Source of the DNA: Felis catus
Taxonomy: Eukaryota
Assembly: GCF_018350175.1 (NCBI RefSeq)
Contig: NC_058368.1
Location: 48,548,001-48,612,000, forward strand
Reading direction: 5' to 3'
Length of the DNA stretch: 64,000 nucleotides
Below are positions 11,719-24,199 of the stretch, in pieces. The notes beneath the pieces were generated by a model. It was not told the origin of the DNA. It saw nothing but the letters and a program-made list of their open reading frames with translations, and searched no databases. A program made the translations under genes and the position numbers. Positions within the stretch are counted from its first letter, which is position 1. Every line of letters starts with the position of its first letter.

Positions 11719-14700
11719 AAGAACTGCAAATTGGAACAAGATCACTACATCTATTCGAATGGCCAACATCTAAAACACTGACAATACCAGATCCTGACAA
11801 CAATGTACAGTGACATGAACTCTCATAATTACTGGTCAGAATGCAAAATGGTCTAGCTACTTTCTTACAGAAGTAAACATACTACTTATAGGACCCAGTA
11901 ATCACACTCCTTGAAATTTATCCAAATGAACTGAAAATGGATGTCCATACAAAAACCTACAAAGGGATGTTGATAATAGTGTTCATTCATAACTGCCAAA
12001 ATGTGAGAGCAACCAAGATGTCACTCAGTAGGTGAATGAATAAATTGTAGTATATCTCAATAATTGAATATTAATCAACGCTAAAAAGAAATAAGCCATA
12101 AAGCCATGAAATGACATGGATGCAACATAAACGTATATCACTCAGTGGAAGAGGCCTATCTGAAAGGCTACATGTGGCATGATCCCCACTACATAATATT
12201 CCAGAAAAGGTAAAATTATGGAGACAGTAAAAAAAGAGAAAAGAAAAAAAAAAAAAGAATGGTTTCTAGGGGTGAAGGAAGACTGCAGGATAAACTTGAA
12301 GAGCAAAGAGGAATTCTAGGGCAGTGGAACTATTCTATATGAAAGTACAATGTGGGTACATGTCATTATACATCTGTCCAAACCCAGAGAATACACAACA
12401 CCAAAAGTAAACCGCTGTAAACTGTGGACTTTGAATGATACTTATGTATCAATATAGGTTCACTGACCCTAACAAATATCCCACTGTGGGGCAGGATGTC
12501 AATAGTAGGGGAGGTTGTGCATGGGTGGAGGAGACAGGGGGTACATAGGAACTCTCCATACTTTCTGCTCAGTTTTGCTGTAAGCCTGAAACTGCTCTAA
12601 AAATAAAGCTAATTAAAAAAATTCTCTGGTTTAAGTTTAATCTCAAATTGCGTGTTTTAAATTTGAAAACAAGAATATATTCTTTAGACTAGCCTCAAAA
12701 AAGCAGTTAAAAAATAAATGGATAATTCAAGAATGCATGCTTACTTTATTCAGAGGACATCAGAAATAATATCTAGATACATGCAAGAATGGTGATTCCT
12801 GAAAACAACCATTATTGCCAAGTCTATAAAACCATCAAAGTAGTAAGATGCTAGCCCGAGAGTTTTGAAGAAACAGACGAGTCTCCCACACTATATTATA
12901 TTGTTTAAACATGCTTAAAACAGTGACTCAAATGTTACTCTATTATCCAACATTAACTATGAACATTTTGCCAAGACCAGTAGAAGGGATTGTTTAATAA
13001 TCTAAAATACAGGCAAATAGATCATTCTGCATTTAATCATTTTTCTCCTGGCAATAAAGAAAAGTGTCACCCAGTGTATTTGTTATATTTAAGATTAAAA
13101 TACAACTAAATAAGGCAATAAAAGTTATTTTTATGCCAGAAGATATCAGAAGGATATGGATATGTGTGTGTGTGTGTGTGTATGTTCATATATAAGTTGT
13201 ATCTGTTATAAGTACATATCTGACTTTGATTTGCATGTCTCTGAAAAATGTCTGAAGGGAAAAACAATTGCAGGTTTTGAGTCACAGCACTCTGCCTTGA
13301 CTAACCTTAACTTTTCAATCTGTTTCCAATTCTATAATGCATGATGTGAACACCAAAAAAACAGTTTTAGGTAGTGAGTCTTCCTACTTCCAAAAAATAG
13401 CAGAAGTCATTCAACAATGTTTTTGGAAACTTTCCTTCTACCAGCCATCCGTTAAGTTAAAAAGTATTCAACAAAATAATCCCATTTCTCTATATGGAAA
13501 AGTCTTTTGATGATTTAGTACTTGATATGATGCAATAACATCAATAGATAATTTTTTCATGCAAAATACTGGATAGGGCCACCTTTAACATTTCGACAGA
13601 AAACGTTACAGAGAAGCAATATACAATGCTAATACAGCTGTCTAAATGTAATCACCTGCTACAGCATTCTACATTTACACTTCTTCGGGCTATTAGTTTT
13701 TAAGTAAGAAACCATGTACAGCTTGAGTGCTAAGATCTGGTTCCCTGGTTGACAAGTGCAAAGATCCAAGAGGGTTGGCAAAAAGGAGCACACTACTTCA
13801 TGATGCATGGGAGGAAAAACCCAGCACTGTGCAATTACAAAGAGGAACGTAAGCAGTTAACAGTGCCTGAGGCTCGACTCATGGGCCTGCTTTTACGATT
13901 TATTACCAGGGAAGCCAACAAATAGAGAAACTAACTTGAAAGCACTGATAGCACCTCCTAAACTACCAGGACAAATATCTGAGGTCTAATTTTATAACAT
14001 TCAGAATCCTCCACCCAAAGCTGAGACAATGAGAAAATGGTCTGTGCTACGGTGTAACTTTAAAGAGGAAGCCTAGGTATTCGGTACTTTTTCACACCTA
14101 CGTGAACTGCAGCCAAGGATGCAGAGCAATACAGTTTACAAGGAAACGCAAATATTAATAAGCAGGTCCACGCAACAGTAAGCTCCTCAATGGCTCTTAC
14201 CGACGGCTATCTGTGCATCTCTGTTCATGGTACAGTTCATAGGTGCAAAACCAAGCCTACCTCGGTGTGCTTTTCAAGGGCAAAAGAGCACTGGAGTCTG
14301 TATTAGAATTTCAGAATCACTCTATGAGAACCTTAGGTAGGTCTAGTTCTACTAGATACCCCAAACTTTTTAGATGTCTCAATTCTCCCAAAATAGTATC
14401 AGAGTAGTCTATATGAGGTGGAGTAAAAGGATGCTCAGACACATTACCATTGACCTGAACCTGAAGTTTAATATTTCAGGGAAGCCAAAGGCCAAAACAG
14501 ATCTATATGCAGTGTTCCCCAACTGTTTTTCCATTGTGGATCTATAGAACAGGTAATGACTCTACTACACAGTGGGGTCATCAGACAAGGCTGGCCTTGC
14601 AGACAATCCCGAAGGCTCAAGTGATGGGACACCTCAGGCACACCTGTAACCCATCTCAGGACACCACTGTGACTTGCCAGTCCAAAGACTTTGCCTTACG

Positions 14701-15479
14701 ATCAAATACTCTCAACATGACTAGGTTACAAACAAAACAACCACAAAAAGCAGTATTGTGAATTAAGTTATTGTCAGTATCTTTATACTTTAATGGTAAG
14801 TGCTACCACCATTATAAGTACATTTTTCTAAGACAATAAATTTCTCATGTATTTGCTTCAGATGGAAGAATCTTCAGGGGAATATGTTTATATCAAGTCG
14901 CCACAGGAAATACTATATTTTATAAGCACAAATTATTCTTGATAGCCCACTTGTCCATTCTTCCACAAAATTTATAAATTTTTGGTTTTTCTAACTAACA
15001 GATGCAAGGCTTCCAGCCTCTGATTACCTCTGTACAGTCCCATACAGACAAAGACTGATCAGGTTTGCAGTCCGGGATGATAGATGGGAATGCCGGTTAT
15101 CACCCATGCAGAGACCCTGCCTTCAATCTACACGGCTGTTCGTGATCCCGTTGCACACTTGGGCTGGGAATGCAGAGAACACTCACACACATGATCCAAC
15201 ATTCCCCTTCCTTTTTTCACCATTCATTTCTCCTCTCTAAAAAAAGACCAAATACACAAAACTTCCCACTATAACCGTAAGGCACGAGGTGACAGGAAGG
15301 GGCACCCGTAGAGGAAAAGGATGGTGGTTATTTAGCCCCATTATAGCATGCTCTTCAAGCTAGGACCTGAGCATCTCATACCAATGAGTTCTCTTTTCCA
15401 AGTTCTTGCAATGCAGCTGCAATGTAAACTAATTAAGAGCAGGCCACTCTCATCTTCTAGTAGGTGGGACTATAAACCA

Positions 15480-15720
15480 CAGAGCAACTTGGCCAAAAAT
15501 ATTAAAAGCCATAAAATGCGCATGGCCTTTAGCTCCAGCAATTCTAACTCTTGGAATTTATCCTAAGGTAATAATTAAGGATGTGCAAAAGAATATTTAT
15601 TTCTCTGCTGTTTGTAATTACTAAATCTTGGAAGCAACCTGAATATCCAAAAGTCGGAGGGTGGTTAAATAAATTATCAAGCCATAAAATAAAATCCTAC
15701 GAAGGGTCATTTCAAAACAC
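15480..15720 (+). mobile_element. Ancient L1 (L1ME-like) fragment
   Basis: ccagcaattctaactcttggaatttatcctaagg...ttggaagcaacctgaatatccaa. Confidence 0.6.
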
Positions 15721-15994
15721 AGAGAAGTGTATCCACTGACACAAACAGGTTGGCCCTATATATCCTTCAGTATCAAAACCAAAATACAAATGGCATATCG
15801 CAAATTATCTCATTATTTTGAATGTAATGAAGACAATGGTAGCTTCACTTATTTTGTCTGACTTTTTTTTAAGTTTTCTGTTATTTGTCCAGTGAACACA
15901 TAATAAGTATGTACTGTTTTGATAAAGAAATGAAAAAGGGGAAATCTGTAAAAGTTAAAAAAAAAAAAAGAAACTGAAAGAGGAAGGATTAGGG

Positions 15995-16165
15995 ATGGGC
16001 TTTAGGAAGAACTCCTTACAACTGCGATTGTGAGGCCCTGAAATGTGCAGTCAGTGGAGGTCATGGACTCTCTTCCCCTTGGGGATTTGTAAGCAAAGGG
16101 CAGCCAGGTCTCCTCTGAGAATAGCCTGAATGCAGTCCTAACCTCTGTGGCCTCTTGCAGTGCCA
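15995..16165 (+). mobile_element. CR1/L3-like 3' fragment
   Basis: aggaagaactccttacaactgcgattgtgaggccctgaaatg...ggaggtcatggactctcttccccttggggatttgtaagc. Confidence 0.4.
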
Positions 16166-17138
16166 TGTGCAAAAGGATTGAGCCAAAATACAGTTTTCAC
16201 CCAGTGTCACACAAGGGAGTCAATTCCGTACACTGCCCCAATCCTCCACAATCTCTCACCCTATTCAAGAGGAAGTAACCCCTAAGGTCTCACAGCAGCC
16301 CCGAAACTCAACAGCCCTCAATTTATATGCCCAGCAATTTTCCAGAACTTTACTTGGGAAATACAGTGAAATTTTAGTAAATATTCCACAGTATACAAAC
16401 AACTTCTGTCTTTTCCACCTTGATAAAAAATTCTAACTAATTTCAGCCACTTAAATACCCCAAACTGAGATAAAGAAAATGAGCGTGTCCATTTAAATTT
16501 TATGTGTGTGTTTACCTGCAAGTTTTATAGACGAAATTTTATAAATAATGTGGCAATATGGTTAAAGACAAGTAAAAATGCTGAATTCTAACAAGTTCCT
16601 TTGCTTTAAAAACCCTACCAATTTTGTTTTCTGATAACTTCCTATGAATACAAATGTAACATTTTCCTAGCCCATAGTTAAATGCTTTTTGACTTGGGAA
16701 TTAGTTTCCTGGCCTAATGAAAAGGATAGAAGGTGCAGAGATTGACAGCCAAGTGGGCTGAACCAAGAACACTGGTTAAATAGTGTCGTGCCAGCCACCC
16801 AAACTGAGAAACTAAGGTTTGAATGAGTGCAGAGAGCCACGGAATGCCAAGATAAAGAAATCAGCCAAGACTGGAATACACGGTTACATAACAGAACTCA
16901 AGTAGGGTGGTGTTCAAAGACAGAAGAATGAGGTGGACAATATATGAATAAGAGTTTAAGGGACCCGGTTCTAAGACAAAAGTGAAAAAAGAAAGGCTCT
17001 CATGCCTTCCCCCAAGAATAAGCCATAAGCCATCAGCTTTACAAGCAGAGCAGAAGACACAGACAACTCCTTCCTGTAAGCATCACGAGGACTTCAGTTC
17101 TAAATAAGCTCATGCAACTTTTAAGGCATATTATTCTG

Positions 17139-17171
17139 CACTTGATCTTAGCCAAAAGGCCGAGAAGCAAT
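17139..17171 (-). pseudogene. U2 snRNA 3'-truncated (tailless) retropseudogene, U2 nt 1-33, with 17-bp target-site duplication (TSD)
   Basis: Reverse complement is ATTGCTTCTCGGCCTTTTGGCTAAGATCAAGTG, the U2 5' end with one CpG-type C>T change. Perfect direct repeats TAAGGCATATTATTCTG at 17122-17138 and 17172-17188. Confidence 0.95.
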
Positions 17172-17629
17172 TAAGGCATATTATTCTGTGCAACAAACAT
17201 CTAAGTCTCGTCATCGTAATGAAAGAGTGAGCAGGTCACAAGAAAGGTTTGTTTCTTTACCAATAAGCCTCACATATACAGCCTTCTTGGAATGTTGTAT
17301 TCTGGAGAGTTTAGTTTTCTGGATGGGTAAGGGGTTATCTCTTTTAACTCCAAATTTAAAAGAAAAAGTACTAACCACTTGGGATGGAAATATTCCTAAT
17401 ATACATATATACACGGAAACGGACATAAGTGAACGTTTTCTTGATGACTCAGACCAATACTTATGAACCTCAAAGGCTATGCAATGCTGCATACAGAGAT
17501 AACTTCAGGGCCCATTGAAGTGTGTCTATACTGCATACACTGTTGTGCTCCTTGTATCTGCATTTTATAGTTTGTCAGCCTTTTACTTCTTCATGCCATC
17601 ATGTTCTTTTTATAGATGTTCCTTCTGCC

Positions 17630-17790
17630 CTATGGTGGAATAGAAAGAACGCTGGACCAACAGTCAAGTTGATTTAGGTTATCATTCTGGCTAAATTACC
17701 TTGAACATGTCACTTGGCATCTCTGGGCCTAAGTACGATGAGGAAATTCAACCAGATAATTCTTAAGGTCCTTTGTAAAATGCTGATTAC
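17630..17790 (+). mobile_element. MIR3-like SINE
   Basis: gaaagaacgctggaccaacagtcaag...ccttgaacatgtcactt...accagataattcttaaggtccttt. Confidence 0.55.
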
Positions 17791-18459
17791 AAATGTGCTG
17801 TTTCTCATTTTTGTATATATTTAATTTAAAAAAATAGCCAGCTAAACTTGCATGGAAAGTAGTAAGAAACTTGAGCACACAACACAGTCTTGTAGAAGTG
17901 ACGTAAATATACCTTGTGTCGTCTAGTTGTTTTCTCAGAAGTCTTACCTGTGTAATTCCGAATTGTTGGTGGAATCCCAAATAGCCATGGTTTCTGGACA
18001 ACTACGACCTCAATGGTGGTATGTTACTATGCTCCTATACGTCTCTACTTTACCAAGTATTCTCAATGGAGACAATTATCTGATATGCCTCTATTTCTGC
18101 ACACAACCCCCGCCCCCAAGAACAGAATCTGTGCATGTCATCATCTATGCCGGTCAGTAACCTAACTGCAAAATGAATACTCTAATTTGAGACGTTCTTT
18201 GCTTTACTGTTTGTTTAGATGACAGAAGTTTTCTAAAAGATGGTTTTGTGAAAATACTTAATAAAACATAAAACAAGTACAGATGGGAAGACTATTTCTG
18301 GGTGTAAACTCTAAGAGATGACTTGTTCTTCTTGTATTTTTCCTGGAGCCCCTAGAGCATCCATCACATGTTCAGGATCACCATTAGGACCTGAGTGCGA
18401 CACCTCAGGCTGCATCACTTCTCCCAGGTACACCTTCCTCCTGGAGAAACCCAAGTCAC

Positions 18460-18900
18460 ACCCACTGCTGTAACTCCATCTCTCTACAGATAATCTACCT
18501 CTGGCTCACATCTCCCTCCTGAGTTCTAGGTCTCTACTCCCTATCCTAACCTCTATGTGCATCTCTAGGAGTTAAGAAGTGTCCAAGAAAGTTTATGAAG
18601 TCTCCTCACTTCCTCATTTCTCTTCCCACTTCATACTTCCAAAAACCTCCTTTCTTTTCCTTCTCCATTATTCTCTACTCATGTTAATGATATCAACCTG
18701 CACCAAATGAGAAATCTAGGAGCACCTTTGACCCTTTTTACTTCTTGATCAGTGGCAAAGTAGTATTGATGCCACCTCTGAAATCTTTCTCTACACCACT
18801 CATGTTATCTCCACCGCTGCAGCCTTGTATCGGGTCATCACCTCTTCCTGACTATTGAATACCCTCTGCTTCCCGGCTGCCAGCAATTTCCTTTCCAACT
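18460..18900 (+). mobile_element. L2 fragment
   Basis: Pyrimidine-rich L2 ORF2-like motifs: catctccctcctgagttctaggtc, gaaatctaggagcacctttgac. Confidence 0.55.
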
Positions 18901-19236
18901 TATATATACATCAGCAATGAATTACATTGCTATAAAACACATAAGGTTGATGTTTTTTCCCCATTTTATATATATATTCCCTACTACATATATTTATATT
19001 TATATTATATATATGTATGGGAGAAATAATAAAACATTAAAATACATAAATTCTATATACGACTATAACATACAATTAATATATATATACATCAATACAT
19101 ATTTACATTTATATATATAATTTTTAAAAGTGTTCCTATTGCTTACGGCAGCTGTTCTCAATTTTTTTCTGTTATATCGGAGCTGGAGGATATTTATCCA
19201 AGGGAAATACTGGGCTGCTGCTGAGTTAGGATTCCC

Positions 19237-19238
<2 letters not shown>

Positions 19239-19298
<60 letters not shown>
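19239..19298 (+). repeat. (TG)30 microsatellite
   Basis: Perfect dinucleotide run. Confidence 0.98.
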
Positions 19299-19300
<2 letters not shown>

Positions 19301-19715
19301 GGGGGGCGGGGGAAGATAGGGAAGGGTAGCAGTGGCCAAGAAATATGGATCAAAACTGACGAAGGATCAGAATACAAAGCCTATCTTCCAGAGATTCTAA
19401 AGCATATCCTAGATAACAACTATAAATAATGAAAATTTATCCTGGCCAAACTAAGTTGAATATATGAAAATAGAGAAGTAGAAAAAAGAGTCAAAAGCCA
19501 GCAGACTGGGTTCTAACCTCTCTCAAATCCCTTCAACAACATACAACCACTTGAATCTTTCACATTCCCTTGTACACATTAGGGCATACCCACACTTGGT
19601 TTACCTTGGGAGGAATACCCCTTTCCTCCTTATTTGGTGGCAGAATTCCTACTCATCCTTCAAATCCTCATCCAAACATGGGTCTGTGAAGACTCAGAGA
19701 CAGAGGTGTCTCTAC

Positions 19716-20062
19716 TATATTAATCAGCTCGTGCTACTATACCAAATACCATACACTGGGTGGGATAAACAACAGAAATTGGTTTCTCACAATTTTGCAG
19801 GCTGAGAAGTCCAAGATTAAGGTGCTGGTCTATTTAGTTCCTGGTGACACCTCTCTTCTCTACTTGCAGATGGCATCTTCTTGCTGTGTTGTCACCTGAG
19901 GAGAGAAATCTCTCACGTCTCTTCTACTAAGGGCACTAATCTCAACATCAGGGTTCCAGCCTCATGATCTAATTACCTCCTAATGGCCCCACCTGCAAAT
20001 ACTGTCACACTGGGGGGTTAAGGTTTCAACACATGAATTCTAAGGAGAGACAACTCACTCCC
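19716..20062 (-). mobile_element. MLT1A-type MaLR solo LTR
   Basis: aaacaacagaaattggtttctcacaattttgcaggctgagaagtccaagattaaggtgctgg...aaggtttcaacacatgaatt. Confidence 0.88.
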
Positions 20063-20639
20063 CTTGCCAAACTGAAGGAGTCATTTCCTCTACTGTGTTT
20101 GCTAGATTATAAATTCCTCCTCAGGGCTGAGCCCTATGTATTAGTTACCTTTGTATCCCCCAGACCCCAGCATATTGCTTGCCACCAAGCACATCTATAA
20201 AAAACACTCTGCATTTGAGGAATGGAAGCCTTTGCAACTGGTCTCAGTTAATTAACATACACCATTCTCAAAATCCTCCTCAAGGGCGACCGTCCAATCT
20301 TTTTCCTTTTAATGCCACATATAAACACACACACAGAAAACATACTTATGTCTACCTGTTGGTAGACAATGTGCAAATGTGCATCTTCACTTATCCACTT
20401 TTTGTTCTCATTGTATAGACACCTACTTGTAGTTTCAGATCTCATTGAATCAAAACTTTATAATTCCATAGTGCTTAGTTAGGATCAGCAAATCCTTGTT
20501 GCTGATTGACCTTCTGATGCTGGTACCTCAAGCAGAGTTCCTAGGTCATTAATCTGATATACACTGGGTGCAATTTTGTGTCACATTAGGTCGGTCCATC
20601 TTCCATTGGCCATGCCTTATTTCCCATGTAGGACCGTGA

Positions 20640-20820
20640 GAGAACACAGAAGGTAGAATTCAATGATGAGGATTTAAACCCACAGACCAGCATTTCCAGC
20701 TTGTGTGATTTCTTATCTGTAAAATAGATATAACACATCTACCTCCCAAGTATTTTTTTTAATTGATTAAATGAGAAGTCACTGAAGAATGTGCTTTATA
20801 CACCATAAGCACTACACAGT
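20640..20820 (+). mobile_element. MIR
   Basis: tttcttatctgtaaaatagatataacacatctacctcc...gattaaatgaga. Confidence 0.55.
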
Positions 20821-23800
20821 ATTTTTTTAACCATAATATATCTTTGTACAATAATGATAGTTTAGATCTCAGTTGTACTAAACTTCTTGATGACCTTAGG
20901 TCCAACATGACTAAGTTGCTCTAACAGTTCTGATTTCCTTGAATCAATGTCACCGGGGATCTGAGTGGGCTTCCTCAAGTCACTCTGGACAGACTAAGGA
21001 AGCTCATTAGCATCTATACGTTTCCAGGTTGAAGGGGTCAACTTCTGTGAGTTCTAACATGCCAACGGACTACACACAGGAGCATCCTAGTGCCAGCACC
21101 TCCCCATGTCCACAACCACTTCAACTCCCCAAGAGGTACCAGACTGTTGGGACAACTTGGCCACTAGCCTATAAAAATGTGGAAACACTCTAGAAACATT
21201 AGCCAATAAAGCACATACTGGCAGCTGAATCAAATATTTAGGATCTTAGATGTATCCAAATAAACTGTTTGTGTGTTCTAACAAATGTTTAATTTGGAAA
21301 GCATTTCCCAGTACAGATGCTGTCAAAAGTACCCATTTTCAGTGGGCTACATCAAGGGCTGGAAGTAGCAGAAGGGCAGAGAATGTTTTTTAAACAATAT
21401 TATATAAGCTGCAAAAAAAAAAAATTGTTAATATCAACTGGGAGGGTACCCTTAAAAAAACAAAAGAATTGTTAGGGGTTTTCAAAGTTAAATTTATACC
21501 GACTGCAAATGGTAAAATATTATAAACATAAATACCACAAAATGAGAAAGTTATCAGGACTTGGCAAGGGATAAAAAAAACTGGGCTATTTTAAGAAATA
21601 TGTTAATATATCAATAAAAATAGATGCCAAAAAAAAAAAAAGATGCAGTCAAGCAAGGAGTCAAGAAGTTAGACATTATAAATTAAACCCTTCACTTGCC
21701 AGAATCTTTTAATAAGTAATCAACTGCAAACACATTTAAGAGTTTTATACTGAAGTTAATAATTTGGGGGAGAGACATAATGAAATCCAAATACATGCAC
21801 TTCCTTAATAAAATAAACTGAGACCAAACGCCAGCCCGAGCCTCTGATAAGCTGCCAGCATCTAATGCAGGCACAATTATATACTCTAACAGACAAGAGA
21901 ACTATTGACCCCTGTTCTTAGGCAACGATGTAATGCATATATAATTTATCTGGGCTACATCACCCTTTTCCAGTTTAGTTCCACCTCCGTGAAGATATCC
22001 CTCAAGACAAGAAAAGTTACTAAATTGTAAGGAGGAAGCTGGTTTCTTTAAGGCCATGTTTTAAGAAATGCATGGTGAATATTTCTCCTGAGGCTCAAAC
22101 AAGAAAACTCCTTAATTAACTGTGGCTAGACAGGTTTCATTACCACCATTTTTCCAGCAGATCTTGTGTATAACTACTGATGCTAATGAAAATACTGCAT
22201 TCATGATAGTAATAGGAACTATGAAAACACAGAGCTAAAAGATTTTTTTTTTTACCTGAATTGACAGAGATTTTAAAAGTTTTTGTTTGTTTGCCAGTTT
22301 GTTTTCCACTCACAAATTAACTGGTTGCACAATTACACTGGCTAAACAATCCCATTTCTCATATTACACAATCAATGAAGGTTTACCAAATCAAAGAGAA
22401 TGGTACAAAAGACTCTCAGGAAAATAAATGCTAAGTTATAATGGCAAAGAAAACCTTAAAATGCTGGAATACTTTGGAAAAAAGAAGGAAAGAAAAGTTA
22501 ATATGCATGAGTATACAAAATCACAGCCACCTGTTAAAGATAACATAATTATTGCATGAGAATTTTAAGCCTGTTCAAACATTGTGAGTTTTCAGCATAT
22601 CAGGATAAGGAATGCTGACAATAAATGAAACTTCTCCCATTATCCTGACACATTTTCACTGTGAATGTTCCACTAAAGAATCATGGAATGTCTTTAAAAT
22701 AGTCTTCAAATTCTGACTCCCTATAATTAATCCAATCAATAAAATTAGCAGTGCAATTGATTAATAATAATCACTTAGAACACGTAGTTCCTCAGACACA
22801 GATAATCAGTCTTTGACACCTGTAACTGACAATTTCCTTAAGATTCTACTGCCGTCTCAAAAGAAGTATAGCACCAATAGCATTTAAACATAACATAATA
22901 CACTGGACGTCAAGGTTAATTTGGAGATACTTGTAAACTTTATAAATTTCAGTTTACTTTTATCATCTTGTATGTCTCAGATGGAATCCACAGTAATCAC
23001 AGCTACGGTAGAGCAACTTCAAACATAAATGAAACCAGTAACTGGTAGATCGATCCAAGGTAACAGACTCCTGGCTAAAATCCTGCCCTAGTGTGACCCA
23101 CCACTGCCCTTCTGCACCCTAAAGACTTAATGAATCACCAGGAGGACACTGACGAGTGTGTATGTTTTGCCCATGTGACAAGTGGATTTATATCAGTACC
23201 AAAAAAGAATTATTCCCCTTGTGTGAGATAAACACAGTGAAGTAAAGAGTATGTTTCCACAAGGCACTGGACACAATGAATTCATGCATGGATTTTACAA
23301 ATACTACATCTTTTTAAACGAAAACATCAAGAACAACAGAAAATCTGGATGCCCAGTGAGAGATCACTTAAAATGATATACACTTTATAGGAAGGTGCTT
23401 CTGTGTTGGCAACAGGAAGAGAGATGGAAAGATATACCAAAAAGAGAAATGGAAAGCCTGTTTACTATTTCCATATATGGTTTGCTCCAGAAAATATGTC
23501 AAATGGCCTTGTTATTTAACATAGAAGATGTTCCTACTGGCCCAGAAGTACAACCTTAAATATTTAAAATAATGATCCTATGGAAAAAATTTCAGTTCTT
23601 TATTATGTTAAAATCTATGCAACAGGGCTCATGTGTGTAAAGAGGGAAGCCACAGTAGGAAATAAAATATCACAAAGCTCCCTGAGGAGTAGCTTCATGA
23701 CACTCAGCCGAAAGGTGCAGAAATAGTTTGCATGCCTTTGTAAGGTGGTTTTATCCCTGAGTGCTCCTTTGAAAGGGCATCATTGTCCGCATATGGCCAA

Positions 23801-23947
23801 AAAGGGGGAGGACACTTTGATACAGCTTGACAATTCAGCCAAGCCCTTTCCTCCTCCACTTCCCCAGAATAAGCCCCATGCCACGGCTAACCTTGAATGA
23901 TAGCAAAATGGAACCGACAATAACTAATTCTCAAAATGTAAAAACCA

Positions 23948-24170
23948 GGGGGCACCTGGATGGCTCAGCCCGTTGAGGGTCCGACTCTTGATTTCGGCTG
24001 AGGTCACGATCCCAGGGTTGTGGGATTAAGCCCTTCATCGGGCTCTGCACTGAGTGTGGAGCCTGCTTAAGATTCTCTCTTCCTCTTCCCCTCTCCCCTG
24101 CTCACTCTCTCACTCTCTCACTTGCTCTAGCTCTCACTCTCCCCATCTCGAAAAAACAAAAATAAGCAAA
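23948..24170 (+). mobile_element. CanSINE (older subfamily)
   Basis: gggggcacctggatggctcagcccgttgagggtccgactcttgatttcggc; CT tract and A-rich tail. Confidence 0.92.
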
Positions 24171-24199
24171 AAGTAAAATCCAAGTGAAAACAGATAGGT

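Larger units (their letters stand above)
8400..12620 (+). mobile_element. L1MC-type LINE, internally deleted (5' end, endonuclease-region remnant, complete 3'UTR), interrupted by four SINEs and an MLT2 piece
   Basis: 5' motif ttagatccatcggagaagtgaggtcataaggccaactgctgccc; ORF2 remnant 10240-11130; L1MC1-like 3'UTR ending ttttgctgtaagcctgaaactgctctaaaaataaag. Confidence 0.75.

Noticed and set aside
22981..23059. Plus-strand exon-like segment (TCTCAG|ATG...AAG|GTAACA)
   Set aside because: Stops in all three frames, antisense to KLF12, and no partner exons; an antisense lncRNA exon cannot be supported from sequence alone.
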